DNA of 64,000 nucleotides from Patescibacteria group bacterium (GTDB taxonomy: Bacteria > Patescibacteriota > Patescibacteriia > 2-01-FULL-39-33): positions 9,147 to 73,146 of the forward strand of contig JBAZQS010000001.1 in NCBI GenBank assembly GCA_041645075.1, written 5' to 3'. The notes beneath the pieces are model-generated. The model was not told where the DNA came from. It made no database searches and worked only from the letters and a program-made list of their open reading frames with translations. The translations under genes and the position numbers were made by a program. Shown here piece by piece: positions 48,301-57,180 of the stretch (position 1 is its first letter; the number at the start of each line of letters is the position of its first letter).

Positions 48301-51300
48301 CCAAGAACATATTTGCCCATCGGGAATATGCTCCGACGCCAGCCGCTTCCTGGCAGCCGGTTTGGAGCCAGGTTGAGTACATGAAGGATAATCCCGATCC
48401 ATTCAAAGATCCGTTTACGAATTTCAGCGTTGCCCAGATGTGCCAACCCACGCCGACTTGCGGCAATAACACAATTGAGGCGGGAGAAAATTGTTACAAT
48501 TGCTGGGCCGATGCCGGCTGTGGCAATAGCGCGCTAAATGCGGGCGAAAGCTGTCAACGAAGCGTTGTTGCCGGTGTAGAAAATTGGTCGTGCCGTTGTC
48601 CGGATAGCGACCGTATTCCCTATGCAAATGATAAAACCAAATTAATATCTGATGGATTTCCGGACGTGGCTTGCGGCGGTAAAGCGAGAGATAATTGTCC
48701 TTATGTTTTTAATCTTGATCAAACGGATAGCGATAGCGATGGCATTGGTAATGCTTGTGATAGCTGTCCGACAAGTGCCAATGTCGATCAAAAAGACAGC
48801 GATCGCGACGGCGTGGGCGATGCCTGTGATAATTGTGTCAGTAAATATAATTTGCGAGTAAATGGAAATCAGCCGAATTCTGATGGCGATAATTTTGGCG
48901 ATGCCTGTGATAATTGTTCGACCGTGGCCAATAATGATCAGACGGATGCCGACAGCGATGGCGTGGGTAATGTGTGCGACAACTGTCCGACCATTAAAAA
49001 TCAAAATCAAAATGATATTAATCGCAATGGCCGGGGCGACGCTTGCGAGGTTTATGTTGCGAGTTATTGCGGCAATAGCGTTGTGGAAAATATAAATACG
49101 GGCGGTTATGGCAGTGAGGTTTGCGATGAAGGAGCCGATAATGGCAAGCCCAATCGTTGCAACAGCACTTGCACCGGAATTTTTTCCACTTTCTGCGGCG
49201 ATGGCCAAATGGTAACTGGTGATAATGAACAGTGCGACTGCGGCATTGACCCGGCGCGTTTGCCCGTGGGACCGGCCTGTACGACTTCATGGCCGGCAGG
49301 AGCGGGCTCGCGTCCGACCTGGGATACAGTCAGTTTTACTACGATTAATGGCGTGCCGCCGGATTTGTATTCCACCGATCAAAAAACATTATGGTATTGC
49401 AGCGCCGGTTGCCAACAAACCCGCCAAGACAGCCGTTATTGCGGCGATAGCCGGGTTGATAGCTTAAACGGCGAGCAATGCGATTTAGGAGTACAAACCG
49501 GTCTGACAGACACCACCTATAATTATGACTATGGTACCTGCAATACTCAATGCCAGAGGACTTATTGCGGCGATGGCAAAAAACAGGACCCTAATGGCAT
49601 GGGCCGGGGCGGTCCAAATAATGACGGCAAAGAAGCGTGCGACGGCAGTGATTATGGTTCCGGTGGCCAGCCAATTGGTAAGACGTGCAATAATAATTGT
49701 CAAATTGTGGCAAACACCGTAAATGTAAATTTAGGCGTTTGTGGCGATGGCGTCAAACAAACACCGAATACCAGCGGACTCAATGAAACTTGCGATGAGG
49801 GGGCTTTAAACGGCCAACCTGGCCACTGCAATTCAACTTGTACCGGAGTTTTATTAGATCAATTTTTATATTATGGCCGTATTCATTTTGGAGAAATGTG
49901 TGATGGCACGGTTCATGCTTATTTAGCTACTTATAGCCCATTAATATTAGATAGCGGTTGGTTAAGTATGGCTTCAAAACTTGATAACGCCATGTTTTTG
50001 GTTAATCAAAAAAGCGATGATCCTTGCTCTAAGGGTTCGGATACCCCGGTGCCGGCAGGATATAATGTCGTGGGTGGCATTCATTTGGGCGACAAGGAAA
50101 GAGACGTGGCTTCGGACAATTCTTACTGCTCTTTTATTGCGGCTGTTGGTTATAACGGCACGGCTTGGAATACGGCCATGGGAACGGCCGGGACGAATTT
50201 AGAAGGACCTGGTTGGGTGAAAATCGCGGCTAAAGACGATTCTATTAAATTAGCTATGGTTTATGGGGTAAATCCCGAAAGTCCGCGCGCATCATGTCCG
50301 TCGGGCTATACCGAACAAGGGGCCATATTTGTTGGCTTAACGACTGTGACTGATAATCTGCCTCGGGCGTACATTGGTGGGACTTCCATAAGCAAGGGCT
50401 GGGTTTCTTTCTGTGTGAAAAATAATATTCCGGCGCAGACGAAATTCGAAGTGGGTCAAAGAGATGATTGCAGCATTGTCCAGGCAAATCGTTATTCTTG
50501 CCCGGCCGATTATAAAATGATTTTCGTGTCCACTTCGGGCAGTAGTAGTAATGATGGTTTAAGTGAAGCCGACCCCAGAGCCACCTTAGACCAAGCGCAA
50601 GCCGTGGTCGCGGCCAATCCTTCAGAGCCGGGTTATTGTATTTTATTAAAAGGCGGAGATACATTTACTACTTTTACCTCTCATGGTACAGCAGTTGAAA
50701 CGGGCGAAACTGATGTTAATTCGCATTATGCATTTTTGTGGAATATTAATAAGCCGTTGGTTATGAAGTCTTATGGCGCGCCAAACGCGATTTTACAGCA
50801 ACCATCTGCCCAGTCGGCAACTATGCCGCCCGCGGCCATTGCTATCGCGCGACCAGAATCAAGCCCGTTGACTAGCAAGGTTATTATTTCTAACCTAACT
50901 TTTAAAAATTGGCAGGCCCGGGTTATTTATATGTCTAGTGTGAGGAACGTGGAGATAAATAATAATATTATTGAAGGTGCGGGCACAAAACAATTAGGTG
51001 ATAATGGCGGAGTTTATGGAGATGGAGTTATCTACCCCGAAGATTCTAGTGGCATAGTTGTTGATGGCAATCAAATAACCGATTCACTTAATAGGACTGG
51101 TGATAAGTATGATGATATCCATGCGGTGTATATAAACAGATCTTCCAATATTGAAATAAAAAACAATACGATTACCAATATTTCTGGGCCGGCTCTCAAG
51201 ATGGTTAGAAACCAGACATCCGATATATCAATCCATGATAATACTCTGAATTATATTGGTCCTTATATCGGACAATCGGAAGTCCAATTTGGATTTGTGA

Positions 51301-51581
51301 GGTTGGCCGATAAGGGGGGCGGTTGTCCTACCGGCATAAGAATTTATAGTAATACATTTTGGTATCCGTATTGTACTGGCAGTTCTTGTTCTAATAAGCA
51401 GGTTAATCGCTGTTCGTCCGAGGGCTGTAGCAGTTTTTGCGGATCTAATGATACGCCGAATTCAAGCGGAACGTATGATAATGTAAATGGTAATTTTGGC
51501 GACAATCAGCCGACAGTATTATGGAAAAATGGCGTTTCTGGGGCGTGGGGTACAAATAATTTCAGAGGCGGATGGCAGTAA
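39303..51581 (+). CDS. Giant 4092-aa multidomain surface protein/adhesin
   Basis: Pilin-like TM N-terminus; IPT/TIG; Ig-like; lamin-tail-like; LamG; CGNG..E.CDDGN Cys-rich repeats; TSP type-3 repeats (DSDSDGIGNACDSC); C-terminal beta-helix. Confidence 0.85.
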   Translation: MTAIVKKKKFIAFVLILVLAGIFILFNPILAQDQFGLNSAAGIGLAQNDLKTTIVNIVRIFLGFLGLVAVILIIYAGFLWMTAGGDEKKIETAKKIILGAVIGLIIILSAFAIVSFVLTRLAPPPAEPCVSGTIVSCGPQGCGSKICVNGSWGVCNINTSACDFILNNKLSYIKYFRSDKIPAAGNTFSNWTRNISYNFSGVVGVPKIDDLSVGAYARNRGGFITDTRLYKVEGFDGTVFTDYGPFNPNQTPNEEFDTQIAWDTSALNLQSEWKIKTHVVPSGIATPFESPAIKTKIRAPNCFNGIQDSQSPYGETGIDCGGNPASQYYCGACGGESCSNGGDSSQCLDENCATSVCLPINCLCAQNPIIDWIEPDNGAAGNYVTIGGRYFGNLKGAVYFGNTRANLELNPECNSTWTSNQIIVEVPAIAQNTYQVTVQTHQDFGGLTSNSKDFILNNIVRPGLCNVYNLDIYTDRNVKINAGSANQTGQLIGANFPTTGLKNVVWKFLPTNTTSTGSNWAIDRARDLVPENKRGMTNLNVYNGAQYSNPFRFLVSPGGIGDPCGFADDSPGICSAAEVCQTGLECNILATPTKPACTCQSAANFCNNNGQVEGTEECDGTAFKDNKNQCSNYPGFTGGALSCNRQCRPDTSQCVSVSTTNIPAGMGIFTWSFNTIISPPTPYSCGYDQYGACSISGCATGQRCEVQGNSDEFIEFYNPTGYTVNNFGAWLLVINKTNTSTISNFLPAGASASIPARGFFVLPRSAQFGLPPAYSGAVTIKLVRSANTAYDDKITYGGPGKLPLAIAPTSLGRKIDGLESRSIFSDPLVFTDFSVFARSTKGVSNSAEPAKTGARLLINEISVGIDPCTCRPAALATCANGLLDVGEICDRVGNEDVFQRGTGLCSDYNIGSTGRLSCRNCQIDKSSCQGPLVDITQAAIGMYTWSFNTISQSPFQRPYVVEDCSRTRSCDVGAKMASPTPWSEEWNQVKHPNLYIPQPLACVDAVISARFSNRMNPATINNNTVIVLKCDNTNGKDCRKVSGAVEVYKDNNNLDYDIFKFTPTADLTPNAWYKVVLKSEEIKDYVGLKLDNKTTLLSLSERYCAEITYNGGITTDKDYCWNFQTRPSNVKCNPGCVECSPDPERFRYRFEAKPFKANLDSEDNVCLMLNSWNYLWNWSTDKSDKIFVYNLANQPVATGIALKETIYDAPDKFAKVITQLEVNPNKTDYCRAYIDLTNLVVIEDQSCDKGTTQSPSPWIMSEDACLNGLISARFNLPVADETVKSSGNLIVEKCGGVKDEALAGVGCERQSVNSAQIHIFPYSHLPLSENLRNLIFEQGLSPAFPEGFLINQSENFNPNTWYRVILLGGDNGVRASKIITLADGTESDTNEPQGKLLTPNPNTRTDYNQDGEDDYIWLFKTGSQICEVDSVEVAPADKFMKYTYETQVYNAFAQAANCNVLNSCKYNWQWRSVIEPTDNSNSGDSIATIKNEKDQPSICVGKGGEKIGPTLVDPVQLASAVAEGETNIKAIEPGKDLVHPNQPAYGAKWDYGHLQIGFPKLRITDYKPKGKILCTNENIKITFNEDVKSSSIRVTNPALSADNIKVYKCVGDGVCVKKGLIGYWNFDDGDAKDSSGAGNDGIKKNGVVISPYAEKGMVAIFDGVDDYIEIPNTNTSPLTDKITVSAWIYFNDSSFTTQQWVVNQGRDYYGSGWGILLYNGALRFSVNTNNADDGREITIASPVSSRRWYYVTAVYDSINGAKLYIDGVEKANASAKGKIVYKYNEKITFGVMAFYSPTYFKFSGMLDDVRIYNRVLSDTEIKELAGSTQQNATCYTNDDCPTSLDDMPLNLKVNYPAYVYGYSSGVWTPVWTPELSKELDLSIVNALEPKAKYRVVVNGGPAGPIAWNTNQLGDLNYNVGNGRGEECEPGLYPWKVLSGSCENAFYALQKCVLPYYYNSCPDPANPNDLKNLIKECNRGEAYCDQNCHNTGNTNIASCGDGIKESSLEECDDRNTINGDGCSSNCLLEGSDQKYGSLCGNQRIQTGESCDDGNTANGDGCSDKCLPESGRPNGSRPNAPICGNGKIEIGEDCDDGNKVNDDGCNFRCLNEGSSGGARCGNNVVEKGQPTSFSWTFAVDQSAETCVPVVFNISNCPNGIWEAVVGVNTTMNLNNFAICEHDNTVFNNVAFGNSLWGKILGKIKLVVNKFTNRKSVFAGVGDLCGNGWTIRPNGEFDILEYSSTDNQKIFDFIKKADWAGGHEYKIVGDINRNGGFDEGIDTQASVIMRTHGRCWIEGAKINVWPMGEEKYNDTFFCYGENCGKRTVSLYDDDISADWNTLFPYLKYNDIAVSDPLKPGNQHLYQAWALSTSSDLLKSNIAWSMSNPSYVSQQDFNYSTGVGDGNRNKWFTGGNVGGDGYITAKVTSDSNIDIGKATATTTVKVFLCENPWPSPENFPYYDSANNCKTNSGGCVNTNFELYYCRDSGAAGPDGDLPAVYDPVVIGYSALTPARNVNDLIKEFIFTRQFSLAEATRNIKQTITGDKTITDVGDGRNGCYIQPGYAVTFIESDRCDFVYEINFPKSGDYYLLLKTANDNNSLEKAGLDINHEMDIRVDGVIKGTIIAKASLPNNPQTNIVKLSNISAGKHAIKIDWTNDFYCSGPGGASCPSWTPIDTVTGEYKYFDSNLRIYSLALAEGSNDDAIGVRVVANSNHFSPLFWYRKYFDPNNQGSPSGLLANDYQGVREGRTVYVNAADLNDNKKEIYSNVYLLSYSAAADAITKDIYNGLLANFHFNVQNPFGVCSADATYKCLTDTNCQQANKGYCLLNYSQGGLPDFGVCSDDATYECLTDTNCQKANKGYCLSDKAKLTRDTKRLADLQFINSLLATYNNTKRCNNDHSRLCAGDSGCYGGGSCGNYYPNLLAGSYIVGRTFSAWPSWQATLGNTIGSALPIDPLNGFKGCGDQYDKITCWDNLNKLMRCPDETTYVYTYSSTAINGKSETKNIFAHREYAPTPAASWQPVWSQVEYMKDNPDPFKDPFTNFSVAQMCQPTPTCGNNTIEAGENCYNCWADAGCGNSALNAGESCQRSVVAGVENWSCRCPDSDRIPYANDKTKLISDGFPDVACGGKARDNCPYVFNLDQTDSDSDGIGNACDSCPTSANVDQKDSDRDGVGDACDNCVSKYNLRVNGNQPNSDGDNFGDACDNCSTVANNDQTDADSDGVGNVCDNCPTIKNQNQNDINRNGRGDACEVYVASYCGNSVVENINTGGYGSEVCDEGADNGKPNRCNSTCTGIFSTFCGDGQMVTGDNEQCDCGIDPARLPVGPACTTSWPAGAGSRPTWDTVSFTTINGVPPDLYSTDQKTLWYCSAGCQQTRQDSRYCGDSRVDSLNGEQCDLGVQTGLTDTTYNYDYGTCNTQCQRTYCGDGKKQDPNGMGRGGPNNDGKEACDGSDYGSGGQPIGKTCNNNCQIVANTVNVNLGVCGDGVKQTPNTSGLNETCDEGALNGQPGHCNSTCTGVLLDQFLYYGRIHFGEMCDGTVHAYLATYSPLILDSGWLSMASKLDNAMFLVNQKSDDPCSKGSDTPVPAGYNVVGGIHLGDKERDVASDNSYCSFIAAVGYNGTAWNTAMGTAGTNLEGPGWVKIAAKDDSIKLAMVYGVNPESPRASCPSGYTEQGAIFVGLTTVTDNLPRAYIGGTSISKGWVSFCVKNNIPAQTKFEVGQRDDCSIVQANRYSCPADYKMIFVSTSGSSSNDGLSEADPRATLDQAQAVVAANPSEPGYCILLKGGDTFTTFTSHGTAVETGETDVNSHYAFLWNINKPLVMKSYGAPNAILQQPSAQSATMPPAAIAIARPESSPLTSKVIISNLTFKNWQARVIYMSSVRNVEINNNIIEGAGTKQLGDNGGVYGDGVIYPEDSSGIVVDGNQITDSLNRTGDKYDDIHAVYINRSSNIEIKNNTITNISGPALKMVRNQTSDISIHDNTLNYIGPYIGQSEVQFGFVRLADKGGGCPTGIRIYSNTFWYPYCTGSSCSNKQVNRCSSEGCSSFCGSNDTPNSSGTYDNVNGNFGDNQPTVLWKNGVSGAWGTNNFRGGWQ

Positions 51582-51622
51582 AAATTTTATTTTTGACAAA
51601 TTAAATAAAATAAATCAATAAT

Positions 51623-52333
51623 ATGTTTAATCAACAACAAGCTCAACAAAATTCAAATCCAGATTTAAGTTCATCCGGTAATGCCTTGCCCATTGAGCCG
51701 GCTTTGCCGCCCCAGCCGCCTACGCCGCCGCCTCAAGTAGAGGATATGTTTGCCGAAACCGATAAAGGTAATCCGCAAGTAATCAGGCCGCTCCAGCCAG
51801 GACAAGTCCAAAATATATTGCCCGATACTCAAGGCGAGGATATTTTTGGCGGCCGTTCAATTTGGCAAAATAAATTGTTAGTCGTTGTTTTAATGGCGGC
51901 GGGCGTATTGATTTTGGGTGGCGCGGGCTGGCTGACTTTTAGTTTTTTTGCCAAATCAGGAAAGCCCAATCAAAATATTAACAATAACAGCGCGGCGGCC
52001 AATATCAACAACGTCAATACGGCGAATGTAAATAATGTGAATAATAATGCCGACGCGACCAACAATGCCAATACCAATCAAGCGGCGATTCCCATTGACA
52101 GCGATAATGACGGTTTGACTGATGAAGAAGAAAGAAATCTGGGTACTGATCCGAATAATTTTGACAGCGATAATGACGGCTTGACCGATAGCGCCGAGGT
52201 AAAAATTTATAAGACCGACCCACTTAACCCGGATACGGACGGCGACGGCTATAAAGACGGCCCGGAAGTCAGCAGCGGTTATGATCCGACTAAATCGGGC
52301 GGGGCCAGATTATTTAATGTCCCAACGCAATAA
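51623..52333 (+). CDS. Membrane protein with DxDxDG Ca-binding repeats
   Basis: Pro-rich N-terminus, TM, Asn-rich linker, DSDNDGLTD..TDP repeats. Confidence 0.8.
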   Translation: MFNQQQAQQNSNPDLSSSGNALPIEPALPPQPPTPPPQVEDMFAETDKGNPQVIRPLQPGQVQNILPDTQGEDIFGGRSIWQNKLLVVVLMAAGVLILGGAGWLTFSFFAKSGKPNQNINNNSAAANINNVNTANVNNVNNNADATNNANTNQAAIPIDSDNDGLTDEEERNLGTDPNNFDSDNDGLTDSAEVKIYKTDPLNPDTDGDGYKDGPEVSSGYDPTKSGGARLFNVPTQ

Positions 52334-52366
52334 TTAAAAATCAAAATTAATTATTTAAATTATTAT

Positions 52367-53830
52367 ATGTTTAACTCAAACAATTCGCCCTCACCCATCA
52401 GTCAGCCGCCGGAAAATAAACCGCCGAGCCCAAACTTTTCCTTGAATAATAATCCGCCGGAACCGCTAAAGGACGAAGTTTATGTGATGCCGGAAAAATT
52501 CCATCCCCAGCCAGCCAAATCATCGGCCGGTAAGCCCTTGATTATCGCTTTGATTATTTTAATTTTAGTCGTGGCGGCCACGGCCACTTATTTTTTGTAT
52601 GATATGTGGCAAAAGAGCCAGAATGGTCTGGCGTTAGCCAATCAAAATCTTAATGTGAATAATAGTCAAAATCAGAATCAGAATGAAAACCAGAATGAAA
52701 ATGTAAACAGCGATATAAATAATAGTTTAAATAGTAATGCCGAAATAAATTTAAATGCCGAAACCAATACCGATATCAGCACCAGCACGCCGCCGGAAAA
52801 TATCGGCGTCTATACGGCCCAAATACCGCCTCAAATAAGCAGTGACAGCGACAATGACGGTTTGACTGACGCGGAGGAAGCCGTGGTCGGCAGTTCGCCG
52901 ATTGAACAGGACAGCGATAAAGACGGTTTTATTGACGGCCAGGAATTAGCCAAGGGCTATAGCCCGACCGCGCCAGCCGGCGACAACGGCAGATTGCCGG
53001 CGGCCAGTTTTATCGCCTCGCTTTCCACGAATTTTATCAAGGATAATTTTAAAATACTTTATCCCAAAAACTGGCAAGCAACGACAATCCCGGCCACCAA
53101 TCAGGTGGTGATTACCACCAATACAGGTGAGATTATAAAAATATCCGCGCGCGATAATAATGACCGTGTTTCCGCCGCTAATTGGTATTTGAATAATAAT
53201 CCGCAGGCCTCTTTAAGCCAATTAAAAAGCCTCACGGCCGGCGACTTAAGCGGCGTGTTTTCTCCCAATGGTTTAGCCGCCTATCTGGCCGATGCCGATA
53301 AAAATCGGTTTTATTCTTTTGAGTATATGATGGATGCCAACGCTCAATTCCGCTATCCCGCTTTATTTTTAATGGTTATTAAAAATTTTGCGCCGATTAT
53401 TGGCAGTGAGACAACCGCCAATTGGCAGGCCTTTAGCAATGAAGTCAATAATTACACCGTAAAATATCCTAAGGACTGGAAAACCGTGACGGACAATAGC
53501 AATGTCGTCGGCTTTGCGCCAATTACTATGGCTCTAGATTATCAATGGGCGATATTGGTGTTTGACGCGAGCCAGAAAACCAAGGAAGATATTATCAGGG
53601 AAATGGGCAGCCAGTTCGGCCAGTCCAGAACGGAAAATCGGGCGAATATAACCATGGGCAATATACCGGCCACCAAAGTAGCGGTCACCACGGCAACCAT
53701 TCCATCTTGGTATTTTGAATCCATTTTTATTGAAAAAAATAGTAAGATATATCAGATATCAAATGGCGCCATAAACAGCGATTTATTTGAGCCATTTTAC
53801 AGGAGTTTTCAATTCATAGCCAATAATTAG
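52367..53830 (+). CDS. Membrane protein with DxDxDG repeats and PsbP-like domains
   Basis: TM, DSDNDGLTD, FKILYPKNW and YTVKYPKDW motifs. Confidence 0.75.
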   Translation: MFNSNNSPSPISQPPENKPPSPNFSLNNNPPEPLKDEVYVMPEKFHPQPAKSSAGKPLIIALIILILVVAATATYFLYDMWQKSQNGLALANQNLNVNNSQNQNQNENQNENVNSDINNSLNSNAEINLNAETNTDISTSTPPENIGVYTAQIPPQISSDSDNDGLTDAEEAVVGSSPIEQDSDKDGFIDGQELAKGYSPTAPAGDNGRLPAASFIASLSTNFIKDNFKILYPKNWQATTIPATNQVVITTNTGEIIKISARDNNDRVSAANWYLNNNPQASLSQLKSLTAGDLSGVFSPNGLAAYLADADKNRFYSFEYMMDANAQFRYPALFLMVIKNFAPIIGSETTANWQAFSNEVNNYTVKYPKDWKTVTDNSNVVGFAPITMALDYQWAILVFDASQKTKEDIIREMGSQFGQSRTENRANITMGNIPATKVAVTTATIPSWYFESIFIEKNSKIYQISNGAINSDLFEPFYRSFQFIANN

Positions 53831-53844
53831 TTAATTCCCATTAG

Positions 53845-54300
53845 GTGTTAAATTTTGAACTAAATAAACAAGTTAGGGCTGACGTTGAAGAAAAATTTTT
53901 GAAAAAGGCGGTGGCGGTTTTTAATCAGGAAAGCGCGCTTAAGGGAAAATTTAATTTTTCTTTGGCTTTCATTGACGCAAAAAATATTAAAAAATTAAAC
54001 CAAGATTATCGCGGCAAAAGTCGGGTTACCGACGTCTTGAGTTTTGCCGAAGATAAAAACGATTTTATAGAGATGCCCTCGGCGGAAAAGTATTTAGGCG
54101 AGATTTTAATCTGCGTTTCTCAAGCGGAAAAACAGGCCAAGCAATTCAAGCAGCCCTTAAAAAAGGAAATTGCCCGTTTATTAATTCATGGCTTGGCTCA
54201 TTTAGTCGGTTATGAGCATGAAGGGGTGTCGCTGAAGAGGGCAGGGGAGATGAGGGCGCTTGAGGAGAGGGTGAGGGCGAGGATAAATTCTAAATTTTAA
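53845..54300 (+). CDS. ybeY: rRNA maturation endoribonuclease YbeY
   Basis: LNQDYRGK..TDVLSF, HGLAHLVGYEH. Confidence 0.95.
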   Translation: MLNFELNKQVRADVEEKFLKKAVAVFNQESALKGKFNFSLAFIDAKNIKKLNQDYRGKSRVTDVLSFAEDKNDFIEMPSAEKYLGEILICVSQAEKQAKQFKQPLKKEIARLLIHGLAHLVGYEHEGVSLKRAGEMRALEERVRARINSKF

Positions 54301-54404
54301 TGATGAACACATATTTTGTTCATTTACTGTTTTATTAACAGTTTGATAGTTGACTGATTTTTTATTATAATATAGGGGCGAGGTAATTTTTAATTTATAT
54401 TCCC

Positions 54405-55646
54405 ATGCCGAGAGATAATATCATAACCGGATTAGATGTTGGCTCAACCGCCATTAGGATTGTGGTTGGCCAAAAATCCAGAAACGATGAGCGTCTTCAT
54501 ATTGTGGGCGCGGTTGAGGCGCCGGCCCAAGGCATCAGCAAAGGAGTGGTTAATAGCGTGGAAGATGCCGTCTCCTCAATTTCTCTGGCTTTGGAAAAAA
54601 TTGAACGGATGGTGGGCCAGCCCGTTGACCATGCTTGGATTGGCATTTCCGGGAGCCACATTATCGCTCAAGAAAGCCGCGGCGTCGTGGCGGTTTCCAA
54701 GCCCGACGGCGAAATCAGAGCCGAAGACGTGGAGCGGGCGATCGGAGCGGCCCGCGCCGTTTCCATCCCGCCCAATTATGAGATAATCCATGTTATTCCC
54801 AAAAGTTTTACGGTTGATTCCCAAATCGGCATTAAAGACCCGATTGGCATGACCGGCATCCGTTTAGAAGTGGAGACGCAGATTATTCAGGGTTTAACCG
54901 CCCAAATTAAAAATTTAACCAAATGCATTTATCGCACGGGCTTGGATATTGATGACCTCGTCCTCTCGGTCTTGGCTTCGGCCGAAAGCGTTTTGACTAA
55001 TCGCCAGAAGGACTTGGGCGTGGTGGTCATGAATTTAGGCGGCGCCACCACCAGCTTATCGGTTTTTGAAGAGGGCGATGTCTTGCATACCGCGGTTTTG
55101 CCGGTTGGCTCTGAATATATTACCAACGACATCGCGATTGGTTTAAGGATATCTATTGAGACGGCGGAAAAAATTAAGGTCCGAGAGGGCAGCTGCGTCT
55201 TAAAGGATTTGAAAAAAAACGAGGAAATAAAATATTCGGAAGTTGGCGGCATTGAAGAGGGCAGTTTTTCTAAAAAACAAGTCGCTGAAATCATTGAAGC
55301 GCGGGTAGAGGAAATTATGGAAAAGGTGGATAAGGAATTGAAAAAAATTGGCAAATCGGGCATGCTTCCGGCGGGCGCGGTTTTGACCGGCGGCGGCGCC
55401 AAACTGTCCGGCCTCGTTGAAGCCGCTAAGACCTATTTGCGTCTGCCGGCCTCTCTCGGCTATCCGCAAGAGTTGGTTTCCAATTTAGACAAGGTGAGCG
55501 ATTTGTCATTTACCACCGCCATCGGCTTGGTCTTGTGGGGCAGCGAGTTGCAAAAAACGGCCAGCCATTTTCCATTTTCCCAATTTAAAACCGTTGATAA
55601 GGCCACCCACCAATTAAAAAAATGGTTTAAATCATTATTACCGTAA
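54405..55646 (+). CDS. ftsA: Cell division protein FtsA
   Basis: GLDVGST, DPIGMTGIRLE, LTGGGAKL; precedes ftsZ. Confidence 0.97.
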   Translation: MPRDNIITGLDVGSTAIRIVVGQKSRNDERLHIVGAVEAPAQGISKGVVNSVEDAVSSISLALEKIERMVGQPVDHAWIGISGSHIIAQESRGVVAVSKPDGEIRAEDVERAIGAARAVSIPPNYEIIHVIPKSFTVDSQIGIKDPIGMTGIRLEVETQIIQGLTAQIKNLTKCIYRTGLDIDDLVLSVLASAESVLTNRQKDLGVVVMNLGGATTSLSVFEEGDVLHTAVLPVGSEYITNDIAIGLRISIETAEKIKVREGSCVLKDLKKNEEIKYSEVGGIEEGSFSKKQVAEIIEARVEEIMEKVDKELKKIGKSGMLPAGAVLTGGGAKLSGLVEAAKTYLRLPASLGYPQELVSNLDKVSDLSFTTAIGLVLWGSELQKTASHFPFSQFKTVDKATHQLKKWFKSLLP

Positions 55647-55652
55647 ATAAGG

Positions 55653-55752
55653 CAAAATGTAAAATGTAAATATCAAATATCAAAATGACAATGTAAAATT
55701 AAAAATTTTAAATTTTGAACTGTCATTTTCCATTTTGATTTTTACATTTTCA
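55653..55752. repeat. Inverted heptamer tandem repeats between ftsA and ftsZ
   Basis: (AAAATGT)n-like arm followed by a (CATTTT)n-like arm. Confidence 0.6.
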
Positions 55753-55776
55753 ATTATTTATCATTAAAATAAAATT

Positions 55777-56973
55777 ATGCCCGAAATAAAACCGGAAATA
55801 GAAACATTTGCCAAAATAAAAGTCGTGGGAATCGGCGGATCTGGCTGCTCGGCGATCAATCGGATGATCGCGTCCAAGATTAAGGGGGTGGAATTTATTG
55901 CCATCAATACCGATGTGCAGGCGCTTCATCATAATGACGCGAAAATAAAATTACACATCGGCCAAGCTACGACCAAGGGTTTGGGCGCGGGCATGAATCC
56001 GGAAATTGGTTTCCAATCCGCCCAAGAAAACATCAATGACATTCGGGACTTGCTTAAGAATGCTGACATGGTTTTTATTACCTGTGGCATGGGCGGCGGC
56101 ACGGGCACGGGCGCGGCGCCGATCATCGCGGCCGTGGCTAAAGAGCTTGGGGCATTAGTGGTCGCGGTGGTGACCAAGCCGTTTTCTTTTGAGGGCGCGC
56201 AAAGAGCGGAAATCGCCGAACGCGGACATCGGGAACTGTGCGACCGGGTGGATACGATCATTACCATTCCCAATGATAAAATTTTACAGATAATAGACAA
56301 AAAAACCTCTCTATTGGACGCTTTTACGGTGGTGGACGATGTTTTGAGGCAGGGGGTTCAGGGCATTTCCGAACTAATTACCATACCCGGCTTGATTAAT
56401 GTGGATTTTGCCGATGTCAAGTCAATTATGAAGGATTCGGGCTCGGCTTTAATGGGTATTGGCGAGATGGGTGGCGACAATCGGGCCGTGGCGGCAGCCA
56501 AAAAGGCCATTTCCTCGCCCCTGCTGGATGTTTCCATTGACGGCGCTAAGGGCATTTTATTTACCATTACCGGCGGTTTGGGTTTGACTATGGATGAAGT
56601 CAATGAAGCCGCTAATGTGATTACGGAAAGCGCTGACGACAATGCCCGCATAATTTTTGGCGCGGTTATTGATGAAGGTTTAAAAGATAAAGTCAGAATC
56701 ACGGTCGTGGCCACCGGTTTTGGCGGCCAGGAAGCAGGCGCCAAGGCCTCGTTTGAGGAGCCGAAATATTCAATGAACAGATTGTTTTCCAAAAAAATTA
56801 TAGAGGATAAAATGGCTGACGGCAAAGGCCCCAATTTTAATAGATATCCTTCGGAGGTCTCCGACCGGGAGCCGTTTAGGCCGGCCATGATGCCCCAGTC
56901 CGCCAAACCCCGACAAACCGCCGAGGAAGAGGACTTGGAAATTCCGGCTTTCATCAGAAAGAAAATGAAATAG
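55777..56973 (+). CDS. ftsZ: Cell division protein FtsZ
   Basis: [16 protein letters not shown]-terminal [10 protein letters not shown]. Confidence 0.99.
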   Translation: MPEIKPEIETFAKIKVVGIGGSGCSAINRMIASKIKGVEFIAINTDVQALHHNDAKIKLHIGQATTKGLGAGMNPEIGFQSAQENINDIRDLLKNADMVFITCGMGGGTGTGAAPIIAAVAKELGALVVAVVTKPFSFEGAQRAEIAERGHRELCDRVDTIITIPNDKILQIIDKKTSLLDAFTVVDDVLRQGVQGISELITIPGLINVDFADVKSIMKDSGSALMGIGEMGGDNRAVAAAKKAISSPLLDVSIDGAKGILFTITGGLGLTMDEVNEAANVITESADDNARIIFGAVIDEGLKDKVRITVVATGFGGQEAGAKASFEEPKYSMNRLFSKKIIEDKMADGKGPNFNRYPSEVSDREPFRPAMMPQSAKPRQTAEEEDLEIPAFIRKKMK

Positions 56974-57030
56974 AAATTTATTTATCCACAAGAGCCATAA
57001 ATTTTTAAAAAATCCCATAAAATCCGCGCT

Positions 57031-57058
57031 TTGACACCTGTCTTGGGAGTGGTATAAT
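57031..57058 (+). promoter_or_regulatory. sigma70 promoter of the nrdD operon
   Basis: TTGACA-16nt-TGgTATAAT. Confidence 0.6.
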
Positions 57059-57180
57059 TAATATTGCTGGCGGAGAGGTAGAGAAACAGATCTAGTAATT
57101 AATTTGGATTTTAAAATTCAAGTTTAAACCCCTAGGTCTTTTTTTATTACGAAATTTTAGGCGCCATTATCTAAAATCCT

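Noticed and set aside
48642-49208. Long antisense ORFs such as this one, 56358..56954, 45395..45994 and 63001..63519
   Set aside because: Shadow frames of well-supported genes on the opposite strand
57075-57140. NrdR boxes upstream of nrdD
   Set aside because: Only weak partial matches (AAACAGATCTAGT); no convincing tandem pair
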